This document shows, one piece after another, positions 39,282 to 49,104 of a DNA stretch of 64,000 nt; position 1 is the first letter of the stretch, and each line of letters opens with the position of its first letter. The notes below the pieces were generated by a model that searched no databases, had not been told where the DNA came from, and was given only the letters and a program-made list of their open reading frames with translations. Where the stretch lies: NCBI GenBank assembly GCA_965208835.1, contig OZ242358.1:4640001-4704000 (forward strand). Reading direction: 5' to 3'. A program made the translations under genes and the position numbers. Source of the stretch: Candidatus Latescibacterota bacterium. Its GTDB lineage: Bacteria > Latescibacterota > UBA2968 > GCA-2709665.

Positions 39282-39398
39282 ATTCTTTTGTCGTCGTCAT
39301 CGTAATTTGCGATTCCGTTCGTCAAGGCACTGACCCGGTTTCCGGCAACCGTTCCCGGAGTTCGTTTCAGGATCCTTTTTTCAGACAAGCAGATTCAT

Positions 39399-40574
39399 AT
39401 GTCGACCTCAGGAGCAGAGCGGCAGACCTACCTGCTGTTATTGCTGGTCGTCGGGCTGGTGGGTTTTGGCCTGGTAATGGTATACAGTGCCAGCACGGCG
39501 TTGGGTCACGTGCGTTTTGAGAGCGACCACTTTTTCTTGAAGCGGTCAGCGGTGCGTACGGCGGTCGGTCTTTTTGCGATGCTTTTGATCATGCGGGTTG
39601 ACTATCGCGTCTGGGCGCGTTTCGCCAAGGTCCTTCTCGCCATCGGTTTCCTGGGACTGGCGGTTGTCCTGGTATTCAAAATCGCGGGCTTCGGCAAAGT
39701 TCGCGGCGCGTATCGATGGATTCCATTGCCCGGCGGCGCCTTTCAACCTGCGGATCTGATGCGACTCGCGCTCGTGGTCTATCTGGCGGAATCCTTGAGC
39801 CGGCGCCAGGGACTGGTAAAGGACCTGGTTCAGGGTTACCTCCCCCATATCGCCATAATCGGCCTGGCGATGGGTATGGTTATGTTCCAGCCAGACCTCG
39901 GTACGGCGCTGGCGATCGGCCTGACCTGCACGCTGATGCTATATCTGGCCGGTGTCCGGGTCAAGCACCTGGCCGGCACCGGGATCGTCCTTCTGCCGGT
40001 GCTATTCATCGTTGTATTCGTTCTTGGATATCGAAAAGAACGAATGACGGCGTTCTTCAGTCCCACGGACGACGTCCAGGGCGCCGGATATCATGTAATG
40101 CAGTCATTGCTGGCGCTGGGCAGCGGAGGATGGTCCGGCGTGGGTCTTGGACAGAGCCTTCAGAAATATCTCTTCTTGCCGGAGCCTCATACCGACTTTG
40201 TGTTCAGCATTGTCGGAGAAGAGCTGGGATTGCTCGGCACGGCTGGCGTGGTGATCTGTTTCGTCATATTCGCACGGTGTGGTTTTCAGATCGCCCGTCG
40301 CGCACCGGACCTGCACGGGTTCTTTCTGGCGTCAGGCATCACATTCATGATTCTGGTCTATGCGTTTGTAAACATGGGGGTGTGCACCGGGCTGATACCG
40401 GCCACCGGGCTTCCCCTTCCCTTTATCAGCTACGGTGGAACTTCCATGCTGTTCACACTGCTTGCCGTGGGTATTCTGATCAACATCGGCCGGCGCGGAT
40501 CGGCCGACCCTGGAGCGCTTCCTCAGCGGACCGGTGCCGTCAGAATGTACCGGAGAGGAGATCGCAGGTTCTGA
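39399..40574 (+). CDS. ftsW: SEDS peptidoglycan polymerase FtsW
   Basis: GLVMVYSAS, QPDLGT, FLPEPHTDFVFSIVGEELG, PFISYGGTS. Confidence 0.96.
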   Translation: MSTSGAERQTYLLLLLVVGLVGFGLVMVYSASTALGHVRFESDHFFLKRSAVRTAVGLFAMLLIMRVDYRVWARFAKVLLAIGFLGLAVVLVFKIAGFGKVRGAYRWIPLPGGAFQPADLMRLALVVYLAESLSRRQGLVKDLVQGYLPHIAIIGLAMGMVMFQPDLGTALAIGLTCTLMLYLAGVRVKHLAGTGIVLLPVLFIVVFVLGYRKERMTAFFSPTDDVQGAGYHVMQSLLALGSGGWSGVGLGQSLQKYLFLPEPHTDFVFSIVGEELGLLGTAGVVICFVIFARCGFQIARRAPDLHGFFLASGITFMILVYAFVNMGVCTGLIPATGLPLPFISYGGTSMLFTLLAVGILINIGRRGSADPGALPQRTGAVRMYRRGDRRF

Positions 40575-41680
40575 TGCCATTACGCCTGTTGTTTGCCGTT
40601 ACCCTGACCGGCGGCCACACGGTGCCCGCGCTGGGTGTAGCGGCCGCAGTCCGACAGCGGCGCCCTGCGACGAAAATCAGATTCGCAGGTGTTGCGCGGG
40701 GCGTTGAAGCCAGGCTGATTCCGCGTGCCGGCTACGTCCTGGAGACCTTGCCGGTCATAGGCCTTAAACGCCGCCTCCATCTGGATCTGTTGCAATTCCC
40801 GTGGTCGCTCCTGAAGGGTATCTGTTCAGCATTCCGAATCCTCGTTGCGTTTCATCCCCACGCGGTGATTTGCACGGGGGGCCATGTCAGCGGTCCGGTG
40901 GGCGTTGTCGCGCGGGTGCTTGGTATTCCGCTGGTTCTGCACGAGTCGAACAATTACCCCGGGCTCACCGTTCGCCTGTTGTCCCGGGCAGCCCGGCAGG
41001 TCTATCTGGCGTTTGAAGGGGCAAGGCGCCGCGTAGGCGGCCGTGAGAAGCATGTCGTGGGCAACCCGATTCGGGAGGGATGGCGGCGCGTGGACAGGGA
41101 AGCAGCTCGCCGGCGGTTTGGTCTGGACGTCGACCGGGTCACGCTGTTTGTGACCGGAGCCAGCCAGGGATCAATGGGAATCAACCGCGCCGTGGCTGAG
41201 GCGCTGCCGGTACTGACGAAACGTGGCTATCAGATTCTGTGGCAGACCGGCAAGGTGGGTTACGACGCCGCGGCATCCGCGGCCCGCCCCTGTGGAGACC
41301 GCGTGGTCGTCAGGGAATTCATCGACGAAATGGCGGTGGCTTACAGCGCGGCGGACCTCGCGTTGACCCGGGCGGGCGCAATAACGGTAACGGAAATGAC
41401 GCAACTGGGTGTGCCCGCATTGATGGTGCCACTGCCGCTCGCGGCCGAGAACCATCAGGAATACAATGCAAAGGCCGTTGTTCGAGCGGGGGCCGCGCGC
41501 ATGGTGCGCGAATCGGAACTTAGCGCGGAAAGACTGGTGCAGGAAGTGTCCGTGATGATCGATTCTAACGGGCTTCTTTCGGAAATGTCCCGCCGCAGCC
41601 GCGCGGTGGCGGTTCCTGACGCGGCTGTGCGGATGGTGGAGGGAATGGCGCACAGCGGACTGCTGCGCGGTGAGCGGTAG
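40574..41680 (+). CDS. murG: MurG glycosyltransferase
   Basis: TGGH..P, TGGHVSGP, HESN, GNPIR, GASQG, RAGAIT..E, HQEYNA; TGATG overlap with ftsW. Confidence 0.95.
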   Translation: MPLRLLFAVTLTGGHTVPALGVAAAVRQRRPATKIRFAGVARGVEARLIPRAGYVLETLPVIGLKRRLHLDLLQFPWSLLKGICSAFRILVAFHPHAVICTGGHVSGPVGVVARVLGIPLVLHESNNYPGLTVRLLSRAARQVYLAFEGARRRVGGREKHVVGNPIREGWRRVDREAARRRFGLDVDRVTLFVTGASQGSMGINRAVAEALPVLTKRGYQILWQTGKVGYDAAASAARPCGDRVVVREFIDEMAVAYSAADLALTRAGAITVTEMTQLGVPALMVPLPLAAENHQEYNAKAVVRAGAARMVRESELSAERLVQEVSVMIDSNGLLSEMSRRSRAVAVPDAAVRMVEGMAHSGLLRGER

Positions 41681-41702
41681 AACATCAGGGGATGGATGCC
41701 GC

Positions 41703-43091
41703 ATGTTGAAACTGAAACCGGGTTGCCGGGTTCATTTTGTGGGCATCGGTGGAGTGGGCATGAGCGCGGTTGCTGAACTGCTGTTTCAGCAGAAATGCAT
41801 TGTAACCGGATCCGACCGTGAGGCCTCCGCGTTGACCGACCGGTTGGGGTCGCTGGGAATTCCCGTTCGGATCGGACATGCGTCGGAGGCAGCAGAAAAC
41901 ACAGACCTGGTTGTATACACTCCTGCCGCGGAACCGGAAAACGTCGAATTGAAACGAGCCCGGTCGAGAGGGATTCCAACGGTCAAGCGGGCGTCGCTTC
42001 TTGGTCAATTGACGGCAGGACATCGGGTCGTAGGGGTTACCGGCACACACGGGAAGACAACGACAACAGCGATGGTTGGCGGGGTTCTCGAGGCGGCGGG
42101 TCTGGATCCCACGGTTTTGGTGGGCGGGATCGTTCGTGGCCCTGAGAGAAACCTGCGCCCCGGCTCACGAACGCTGTGGGCGGTAGAGGCCGATGAATTC
42201 GACCGCTCCTTTCTGACATTGCGTCCCGAGGTCGCAGTCGTAACGTCACTCGAGGAGGATCATCTCGATACTTACGGGAACATGGAGGGCCTCTTTCGAG
42301 CGTTTCAGCAGTTTCTGGATCAGACAAGCCGAAGCGCGGTGATGGCCTACGATGGACCGTTCGTGAGGCGATTGAACGCTGGACATCTTGAGGTTTTCTC
42401 GTTTGGTCTGGAGTACGAAACGAGGATCTCCGCACGGTCCGTGCTCCAGGACGGCATCGAAAGTCGGTTTCAGGTGGTCGATCGCGGAAAACCACTCGGG
42501 GATATTGTCCTCCAGGTTCCAGGCCGTCACAATGTGAGCAATGCGTTGGCCGCTGTGAGTGTGGGCCTGGCCCTGCAACTGCCCTGGAAAGCAATCCGCA
42601 CGGGACTGGAGAACTTCCGGGGTGTGAGACGCCGGCTGGAGGTACTCGGCGATCCAGGCGGTGTCTGTGTTGTGAACGACTACGCCCACCATCCAACCGA
42701 GGTTCGTGCCGCCATCGAGACGATCAGGGCGGGATGGCCGGGCCGACTGGTAGCTGTTTTCCAGCCGCATCTGTACTCTCGAACCCGGGATTTCGCTGTT
42801 GAGTTCGGAAGGGCGCTGAGTGAAGCCGACCAGGTCTGGGTAGCCGACGTCTACGCCGCTCGCGAGGACGCGATTCCCGGTGTGACCGGCGAGACGGTGG
42901 CAGGTCAGGTACGCAATGCCGGCTGTTCCAACGTATTGTATGTCTCGGGCCTGCAGGATCTGGAACTTTGCCTGTTGAGAGCGCTTGCGCCGGGTGATCT
43001 CGTATTGGTGATGGGCGCCGGAGACGTGGAACAGGTTGCATACGGGCTCATTGACCGGTTGTCCGAGGGAGCGTCGCGGGCCGATGCCTGA
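41703..43091 (+). CDS. murC: UDP-MurNAc:L-alanine ligase
   Basis: HFVGIGGVGMS, GTHGKTTT, EADEFD, DYAHHPTE, FQPHLYSRT. Confidence 0.97.
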   Translation: MLKLKPGCRVHFVGIGGVGMSAVAELLFQQKCIVTGSDREASALTDRLGSLGIPVRIGHASEAAENTDLVVYTPAAEPENVELKRARSRGIPTVKRASLLGQLTAGHRVVGVTGTHGKTTTTAMVGGVLEAAGLDPTVLVGGIVRGPERNLRPGSRTLWAVEADEFDRSFLTLRPEVAVVTSLEEDHLDTYGNMEGLFRAFQQFLDQTSRSAVMAYDGPFVRRLNAGHLEVFSFGLEYETRISARSVLQDGIESRFQVVDRGKPLGDIVLQVPGRHNVSNALAAVSVGLALQLPWKAIRTGLENFRGVRRRLEVLGDPGGVCVVNDYAHHPTEVRAAIETIRAGWPGRLVAVFQPHLYSRTRDFAVEFGRALSEADQVWVADVYAAREDAIPGVTGETVAGQVRNAGCSNVLYVSGLQDLELCLLRALAPGDLVLVMGAGDVEQVAYGLIDRLSEGASRADA

Positions 43092-44022
43092 TGTTTCGAA
43101 TCGGAATCTGCTCGCCCGGGAAATCCGGGCGCGATGCAGGGGCGAACTCCTGGTTGATGAACCCTTGAAGAAGCATACCCATTTTGGCCTGGGTGGACCC
43201 GCGGACCTGTTCTTCCGGCCTGCGAATATGGAAGACCTGATTACTGCCGTGCCACTCGTCCTGGATTCCGAACAGCAGGTGTTACCCGTGGGCGGCGGAA
43301 CCAATATGCTGGTGAGCGAAGCCGGTTTCAGAGGACTGGTAATCTGTTTGGCCGGCGGACTATCGGATATGGCGGTTGAATCGAATCTGGGCATTGCGCA
43401 GGCGGGCGCGAGCCTGCAGGTGTTTTCCAGACGCTGCCAGCGCGCCGGGCGTACCGGAATGGAGTTCGGCTGCGGAATTCCCGGAACCGTGGGGGGCGCA
43501 ATAAAGGGCAACGCCGGTGCGTGGGGAGGGCAGATCATGGAGCGGACGGCGTGGCTGAGAGTTCTGGACCTCCGATCTGGAGAAGCGCTGGAATTGCAGA
43601 GAGATTCGATATCGTTCTCGTACCGTCGCACGGACCTTCCGGCAGGATTCCTGATCGTGGAGGCGGGTTTCATTCTCGAGGAGGACGATCCGGGACCGGT
43701 CCAGGCACGCATGGACGAGATGCTGGCCAACCGGAGAAGCTCCCAGCCTCTGTGGGCGCGCAACGCCGGCTGCATTTTCAAGAACCCTCCCGGGACTTCG
43801 GCAGGGCTGCTCATCGACAGAGCCGGATGCAAAGGGCTATCCGTGGGCGATGTGGAAGTGTCCGATGTCCATGCCAATTTTATCGTGAATCGCGGCGGCG
43901 GCACCGCGGCGGATGTGCTCTCGCTGGTGCGAACGGTTCAGGAGAGAGTACGGAAGGCCTTTGGCATTGAAATGAACATGGAAGTTCGCGTTGTCGGCGA
44001 GCAGGGAATTGAGAACCCGTGA
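43084..44022 (+). CDS. murB: UDP-N-acetylenolpyruvoylglucosamine reductase
   Basis: GGPAD, GGGTNML, GIPGTVGGA, AGCIFKNP, HANFIVN. Confidence 0.96.
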   Translation: MPDVSNRNLLAREIRARCRGELLVDEPLKKHTHFGLGGPADLFFRPANMEDLITAVPLVLDSEQQVLPVGGGTNMLVSEAGFRGLVICLAGGLSDMAVESNLGIAQAGASLQVFSRRCQRAGRTGMEFGCGIPGTVGGAIKGNAGAWGGQIMERTAWLRVLDLRSGEALELQRDSISFSYRRTDLPAGFLIVEAGFILEEDDPGPVQARMDEMLANRRSSQPLWARNAGCIFKNPPGTSAGLLIDRAGCKGLSVGDVEVSDVHANFIVNRGGGTAADVLSLVRTVQERVRKAFGIEMNMEVRVVGEQGIENP

Positions 44023-44118
44023 ATCAGGGTGTCGCAACACGTCGCTGCCACGGATTCCCGCGAATGGCACCGGCCGCGGAACAGGATTGCCCGATTCTTA
44101 CGAAACGACGGAGGTTAT

Positions 44119-44913
44119 ATGTCCAGACATAGACCGATCTATTCACGGACGCAGGAACGTCAGCGGATTCATCACGAGGAGGCGGAACCGCGATCGTCGG
44201 CCCGCGTATTGCGGTGGATTGTCATTCTGGCGCTCGTTGGATTGCTGTTTTTCGGGATTCAGAACGCATATTCGGCACTCACCGATTCCGACCTGTTTCG
44301 TCTGGGCCATATTACCGTGGTCGGCAACCAGTTCCTGAAGGAAAGCGAAGTCGAGGTCCTGTCCGGTCTGAAAATCGGCGTCAATCTGTTTGCGGCCGAT
44401 CTTAGGGCGGCGACGCAACGGTTGGTGGCAGACCCTTCGATCAGGGACGCGATGTTACTGAGACAACCTCCGAACGGGCTTCTCATCGAACTGCAGGTGA
44501 GGCGCCCGCTTGCGCTGGCCGCAGTGTCGGAGAGATTGTTCGTGCTGGACGGGGATGGCGTGCTCTTTCCGCTGCCTCAGGCGCCGTTAGACCTGCCGAT
44601 CGTGACCGGCATTGAAACAGTCGTAGACACACCGGGGGTCTATCGATTTTCCCACCTCGTGGCATTCCTGGATCAGCTTCGGTCAAACGCGCCGGCGTTT
44701 CTGGACGACGTCTCCGAAGTAAACCTGGTCTCCGCCACGGAGGCGCGGGTCTATCTGGTGGGAGACGGGCTGACGCTTCTCATGCGACTTGAAGATGCGA
44801 CTGACCAGGTCCGTCGGTTTGATGCGTTTTTAAAGGCGGGAGCGCACAGAGTTCGGACGCCGTCCTACGTCGATCTCCGGTTTTCAAATCAAGTCGTTGT
44901 GGGCACAGGGTAA
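44119..44913 (+). CDS. ftsQ: Cell division protein FtsQ/DivIB
   Basis: TM + POTRA (ITVVGN...), LDGDG, LPIVTG, YVDLRF; SD GGAGG. Confidence 0.9.
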   Translation: MSRHRPIYSRTQERQRIHHEEAEPRSSARVLRWIVILALVGLLFFGIQNAYSALTDSDLFRLGHITVVGNQFLKESEVEVLSGLKIGVNLFAADLRAATQRLVADPSIRDAMLLRQPPNGLLIELQVRRPLALAAVSERLFVLDGDGVLFPLPQAPLDLPIVTGIETVVDTPGVYRFSHLVAFLDQLRSNAPAFLDDVSEVNLVSATEARVYLVGDGLTLLMRLEDATDQVRRFDAFLKAGAHRVRTPSYVDLRFSNQVVVGTG

Positions 44914-45067
44914 CAGTCCGTTGACAAAGTCGTTCTGCTGGCGAGGCGTTTTGGACGAAGACAAAGCGCGCGACTGAGCCCCATCCAACGATTCGGCGAG
45001 GGAGCGCAACGCAGGTTTTCGACCGCAGGGGTCGGCCGCAGCCCGGATGGACTTTTCCAACGGGCTG
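44914..45067. mobile_element. MITE-like element family B, copy B1 (full length)
   Basis: TIRs CAGTCCGTTG / CAACGGGCTG; flanks GTAA/CTAA; begins immediately after the ftsQ TAA. Confidence 0.8.
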
Positions 45068-45135
45068 CTAAGCACCAGGAGTTTCGCGAACCGGTATCAG
45101 GCACCCTTCATGCAGTAGCCGGAAAGGAAGCGAGG

Positions 45136-46371
45136 ATGGCCAGAGGGGATCAGATCGTTGGATTGGATATTGGAACGACCAAGATCTGTGTGGTCGTGGC
45201 CGACGTGGAGGAAGACGATCAGCTCAGGATTGCGGGTATTGGCACAAGTCCTTCCAACGGGCTGAAACGCGGCGTCGTGGTAAATGTCGCCCAGACGGTC
45301 CAATCCATTGAGCGCGCCGTCGAAGAAGCCGAACAGGCCTCGGATGTACGTATCGGGGCGGTCTACGCCGGCATCGCGGGCGATCACATTCGCAGCCTCA
45401 ATTGCCGGGGGGTGATCGCAGTTTCAGGAAATGACAATGAGATTACAGCTCAGGATGAAGCGCGTGTGATTGAAACAGCCAAGGCGGTTTCGATACCCAT
45501 GGACCGGGAAATCATCCACGTGCTGCCCCAATCTTTCGCGGTGGACGATCAACCCGGTGTCAAGAATCCGATTGGAATGTCGGGAGTTCGTCTCGAAGCC
45601 GACGTGCACATGGTGACCGGTGCCGTGACGTCGGCACAGAACATATGCAAGAGCATCCGAAGGGCAGGTGTGGAGGTTGTGGACCTCGTGCTGGAACCGT
45701 TGGCATCCAGCTACGCCGTATTGTCGCCCGAGGAAGAAGAGATGGGCGTAACGCTGGTCGACATTGGCGGCGGTACAACCGACGTCGCGGTCTTTTACGA
45801 CGGGAGCATCCGGCATACGGCGGTCGTGGGACTGGGAGGCGAGAATGTAACCAGCGACATTTCAATCGGATTGAGAACACCCCTGGCACAGGCGGAAACC
45901 ATCAAGCGCTCTCGGGGCTGTTCGTCGCGCTCAATGGTCGAAAAGGACGAGACCATCCACGTGCCGGGAATAGGCGGACGGCCCTCTTTCGAAGTGCCGC
46001 GAGAGGAGCTGTCGGCGATTATCGAAGCGCGCATGGAGGAGATCTTCACCCTGGTCCATCGGGAAATCCGAAGGACCGATTATGCCGATCTGCTGGCGGC
46101 AGGCGTCGTTATCACCGGCGGCGGATCGATGCTCGAGGGGACGGCCGAGCTGGCCGAGAGGGTGTTCGGAATGCCGGTCAGCGTCGGCACGCCGAACGGC
46201 GTTGCCGGCCTTTCGGACGACGTCACCGAGCCCATCTACGCGACCGGTGTCGGCCTCGTGAAGTTCGGTCTGCAGCATCAGGAATTCGGTGGCGCGTTGA
46301 GCGCTGGCGGCAACGGTTATTTCGGATCGATTCTGGGCAGGATGAAAGCGTGGGTGAAGGACTTTTTCTAG
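45136..46371 (+). CDS. ftsA: Cell division protein FtsA
   Basis: GLDIGTTKI, IIHVLPQ, GMSGVRLE, DIGGGTT, VITGGG, C-terminal amphipathic helix. Confidence 0.98.
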   Translation: MARGDQIVGLDIGTTKICVVVADVEEDDQLRIAGIGTSPSNGLKRGVVVNVAQTVQSIERAVEEAEQASDVRIGAVYAGIAGDHIRSLNCRGVIAVSGNDNEITAQDEARVIETAKAVSIPMDREIIHVLPQSFAVDDQPGVKNPIGMSGVRLEADVHMVTGAVTSAQNICKSIRRAGVEVVDLVLEPLASSYAVLSPEEEEMGVTLVDIGGGTTDVAVFYDGSIRHTAVVGLGGENVTSDISIGLRTPLAQAETIKRSRGCSSRSMVEKDETIHVPGIGGRPSFEVPREELSAIIEARMEEIFTLVHREIRRTDYADLLAAGVVITGGGSMLEGTAELAERVFGMPVSVGTPNGVAGLSDDVTEPIYATGVGLVKFGLQHQEFGGALSAGGNGYFGSILGRMKAWVKDFF

Positions 46372-46535
46372 CAGCCCGTTGATGAAGTCGCTCTGCAGGC
46401 GAGGCCGAGCCATTGTGGCCGAAGACAAGGCGCGCAACCGAGTCCCATCCTGCGATTCGGCGAGGGAGCGCAACGCAGTATTTCGACCGCAAGGGCCGGC
46501 CGCACGGCAATCGCGAATTTTAACGGATGGGACTG
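46372..46535. mobile_element. MITE-like element family B, copy B2 (right end degenerate, boundary approximate)
   Basis: Left TIR CAGCCCGTTGATGAAGTC directly after the ftsA CTAG; interior colinear with B1. Confidence 0.75.
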
Positions 46536-46584
46536 ACCGACGGCGTTCGCCCACTCCACAACGCGAATTTATAGGAGGAGCTAA

Positions 46585-47748
46585 ATGGTCACGTTTTCAA
46601 TAGTCGATAATGACAATCAGGCGAAGATGCGGGTTGTGGGGGTTGGCGGCGCGGGGGGCAACGCGGTAAACCGGATGATCGCCGCAGATCTCAAGGGTGT
46701 GGAATTTATCGCGGTTAACTCCGATTTGCAGGATCTGGACAAATCCGAGGCGTCAAAACGGGTGCAAATTGGGGAGGCGATCACAAAAGGACTCGGCGCG
46801 GGTGCCAATCCGGAAATCGGACGGCAAGCCATGGAGGAAGACCGTGACCACGTCACGGAGCTTCTGGCCGGTTCGGATATGGTTTTCGTGACAGCCGGTA
46901 TGGGTGGCGGTACCGGGACCGGCGCTGCGCCAGTGGTGGCGGAAATCGCTAGAGATGCCGGCGCACTGACGGTAGGTATCGTGACCAAACCGTTCAAAAT
47001 GGAGGGCGTGCCCCGGTTGCGAAACGCGGAGATGGGCATCACTCAATTGAAGGATTCCGTGGACACGCTCATCGTCATTCCAAACCAGCGCCTCCTTGAC
47101 GTCTGCTCCGAGGAGACGACGCTGCGCGAGGCTTTTAGAGTTGCCGACGACGTCCTACTGCAGGCCACGCGCGGAATCTCGGACCTGATTGCGATGCCTG
47201 GCGAAGTCAATCTGGACTTCAATGACGTGCGTACGGTAATGCGGCAAGGGGGAGACGCGTTGATGGGAACCGGCACGGCCACCGGGGAGGGCCGCGCATT
47301 ACATGCTGCCGAGGCAGCCATCAGGAGCCCGTTGCTGGAAGATCTTTCGATCGACGGCGCACGGTTCGTGCTGATAAATATCGCCGCCGGCAGCGACTTG
47401 AAACTCTTTGAAGTCGATGAATCGGTATCTACCGTCACCAAGGCGGTCGGCTCCGAGGCGAACATAATCTGGGGTACAGTATTGGATGACGGGCTTAGCG
47501 ATGAGCTGCGGGTAACGGTGATTGCCACCGGCTTCGCCGAGCAAGAGAACGTCGCAGGAACGAAAGCGTCGCGAGTACCGATGGACAACCCGATCGGCCT
47601 GGACGTCCCGGCATATATGCGCAAAGCCGATGCCGCCCAGGTTACGGAGCCCCCTGTCGCGCCGGAGGAGAACGCTGAGGGGGATATTTCACTCGACGAC
47701 CTGGAAATCCCGTCGTTTCTGAGGCGGCGCCTGAAGGATACGGCCTGA
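46585..47748 (+). CDS. ftsZ: Cell division protein FtsZ
   Basis: GVGGAGGNAV, GGGTGTG, NLDFNDV, LEIPSFLRR. Confidence 0.99.
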   Translation: MVTFSIVDNDNQAKMRVVGVGGAGGNAVNRMIAADLKGVEFIAVNSDLQDLDKSEASKRVQIGEAITKGLGAGANPEIGRQAMEEDRDHVTELLAGSDMVFVTAGMGGGTGTGAAPVVAEIARDAGALTVGIVTKPFKMEGVPRLRNAEMGITQLKDSVDTLIVIPNQRLLDVCSEETTLREAFRVADDVLLQATRGISDLIAMPGEVNLDFNDVRTVMRQGGDALMGTGTATGEGRALHAAEAAIRSPLLEDLSIDGARFVLINIAAGSDLKLFEVDESVSTVTKAVGSEANIIWGTVLDDGLSDELRVTVIATGFAEQENVAGTKASRVPMDNPIGLDVPAYMRKADAAQVTEPPVAPEENAEGDISLDDLEIPSFLRRRLKDTA

Positions 47749-47832
47749 GAAGCTGTTTTATAACTCCCAGCGGTCTTCGCGCGGCTGCGAGAGCGCCGGT
47801 CGGGAACTTACCGGAAACTATAAAACAGCTTC
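47749..47832. mobile_element. MITE-like element family A, internally deleted copy A3
   Basis: Perfect 14-bp TIR GAAGCTGTTTTATA / TATAAAACAGCTTC; TGA...TGA duplication where the left TGA is the ftsZ stop. Confidence 0.87.
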
Positions 47833-47893
47833 TGACGCCCCGCTTCGCTTCGTCCCGATGAATGATACATCGGGATTACAGAGGATCAGAGAC

Positions 47894-48883
47894 ATGGAGT
47901 GCGTGCGATGGGGTATCGTTGGATGTGGCGATGTCACCGAGGTGAAGAGCGGACCTGGATTTCAAAATGCGAACGCGTCGAAGTTGATGGCGGTGATGCG
48001 GCGGGACGTGGACAAGGCGGCCGATTACGCGAACCGGCACTGCGTGCCCCGGCATTATGGCCATGCGGATGCATTGATTGAGGATGCCGGGGTCGATGCC
48101 GTGTATGTGGCGACCCCGCCTTCTTCGCATCTGGATCTGGCCTTGAAGGTGGCGCAGGCCGGAAAACCATGCCTTGTCGAAAAGCCGATGGCGATGAATC
48201 ACAGCGAATGCCGGCAGATGGCGGCGGCCTTCCGGAAAACTGGACGGCCGCTTTTCGTGGCATACTACCGGCGGGCGCTGCCTCGATTTCTGCGCGTCCG
48301 GGAGTTGCTCCGGGAAGGAGCGATCGGTGAGTTGAGTTCGGTTCATATTACACATTACGATCAGCTCGCCCGGGGTGAAGCGGCGAATGGCTGGCGATTC
48401 AGACCGGAGATATCGGGCGGGGGGTTGTTCATGGACCTGGGATCTCATGGCCTGGATTTGCTGGATTATCTCGTGAGTCCGATCAAGCGGGTCTGGGGAT
48501 GCGCGGCGAACACGGGAGGCACGTATAAGGCCGAGGACACGGTCGCGGCCAGCTTTGAGTTTGAATCCGGGATTGTGGGAACAGGCGTCTGGAACTTCAA
48601 CGCGGATTTTTCCGAAGATCGAATGACGTTTACCGGCTCCGACGGTGAGATGCAATGTCCTGTTTTTTCGGATACCGATATTCTGGTCACGAGAGGCGGG
48701 GCAACAACCACCCTGGAATTCAGGAATCCGCCTCATGTACATCAGCCGCTGATCCAGACGGTGGTGGATGAACTCCTGGGCTGGGGGACGTGCGAGTCAA
48801 CGGGCGAGAGCGCGGCGCGGACGGGATGGGTGATGGATCGATGCCTGCGATCGTACTACGAAGAACCCGACTCGACGTCTTGA
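47894..48883 (+). CDS. Gfo/Idh/MocA-family oxidoreductase
   Basis: WGIVGCG, VYVATPP, VEKPMA, GGLFMDLGSH. Confidence 0.92.
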   Translation: MECVRWGIVGCGDVTEVKSGPGFQNANASKLMAVMRRDVDKAADYANRHCVPRHYGHADALIEDAGVDAVYVATPPSSHLDLALKVAQAGKPCLVEKPMAMNHSECRQMAAAFRKTGRPLFVAYYRRALPRFLRVRELLREGAIGELSSVHITHYDQLARGEAANGWRFRPEISGGGLFMDLGSHGLDLLDYLVSPIKRVWGCAANTGGTYKAEDTVAASFEFESGIVGTGVWNFNADFSEDRMTFTGSDGEMQCPVFSDTDILVTRGGATTTLEFRNPPHVHQPLIQTVVDELLGWGTCESTGESAARTGWVMDRCLRSYYEEPDSTS

Positions 48884-48929
48884 GGAACACGCGCCGGTCC
48901 GCGAAGATCGCCTTTGCGTCAACGGACCG

Positions 48930-49083
48930 GTGTCCTGTCTCGGAATAGGTTGCCTAAATTCGGCCGTCGAGTCGCCCGGCTCGCAGGGCGCCTCTGACCT
49001 GCGTAAGGTCGGCGAGCGAAGGCAACGCAGCGAGACGGGATGAATCGGCGGGAGAATGGTGAGAAATCTCCGAGAAAGGACTC
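48930..49083. mobile_element. MITE-like element family C, copy C2 (full length)
   Basis: TIRs GTGTCCTGTCTCGGA / TCCGAGAAAGGACTC; colinear with C1; between convergent genes. Confidence 0.8.
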
Positions 49084-49104
49084 TGCAACTGTCCGGAAGG
49101 ACAG

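Noticed and set aside
39716-40573. Apparent 654-aa extended MurG
   Set aside because: The extension overlaps ftsW out of frame; the real start is the TGATG overlap at 40574
40574-40630. MurG N-terminal motif VTLTGGH instead of GGTGGH as a sign of pseudogenisation
   Set aside because: Frame intact and all other motifs present; treated as divergence
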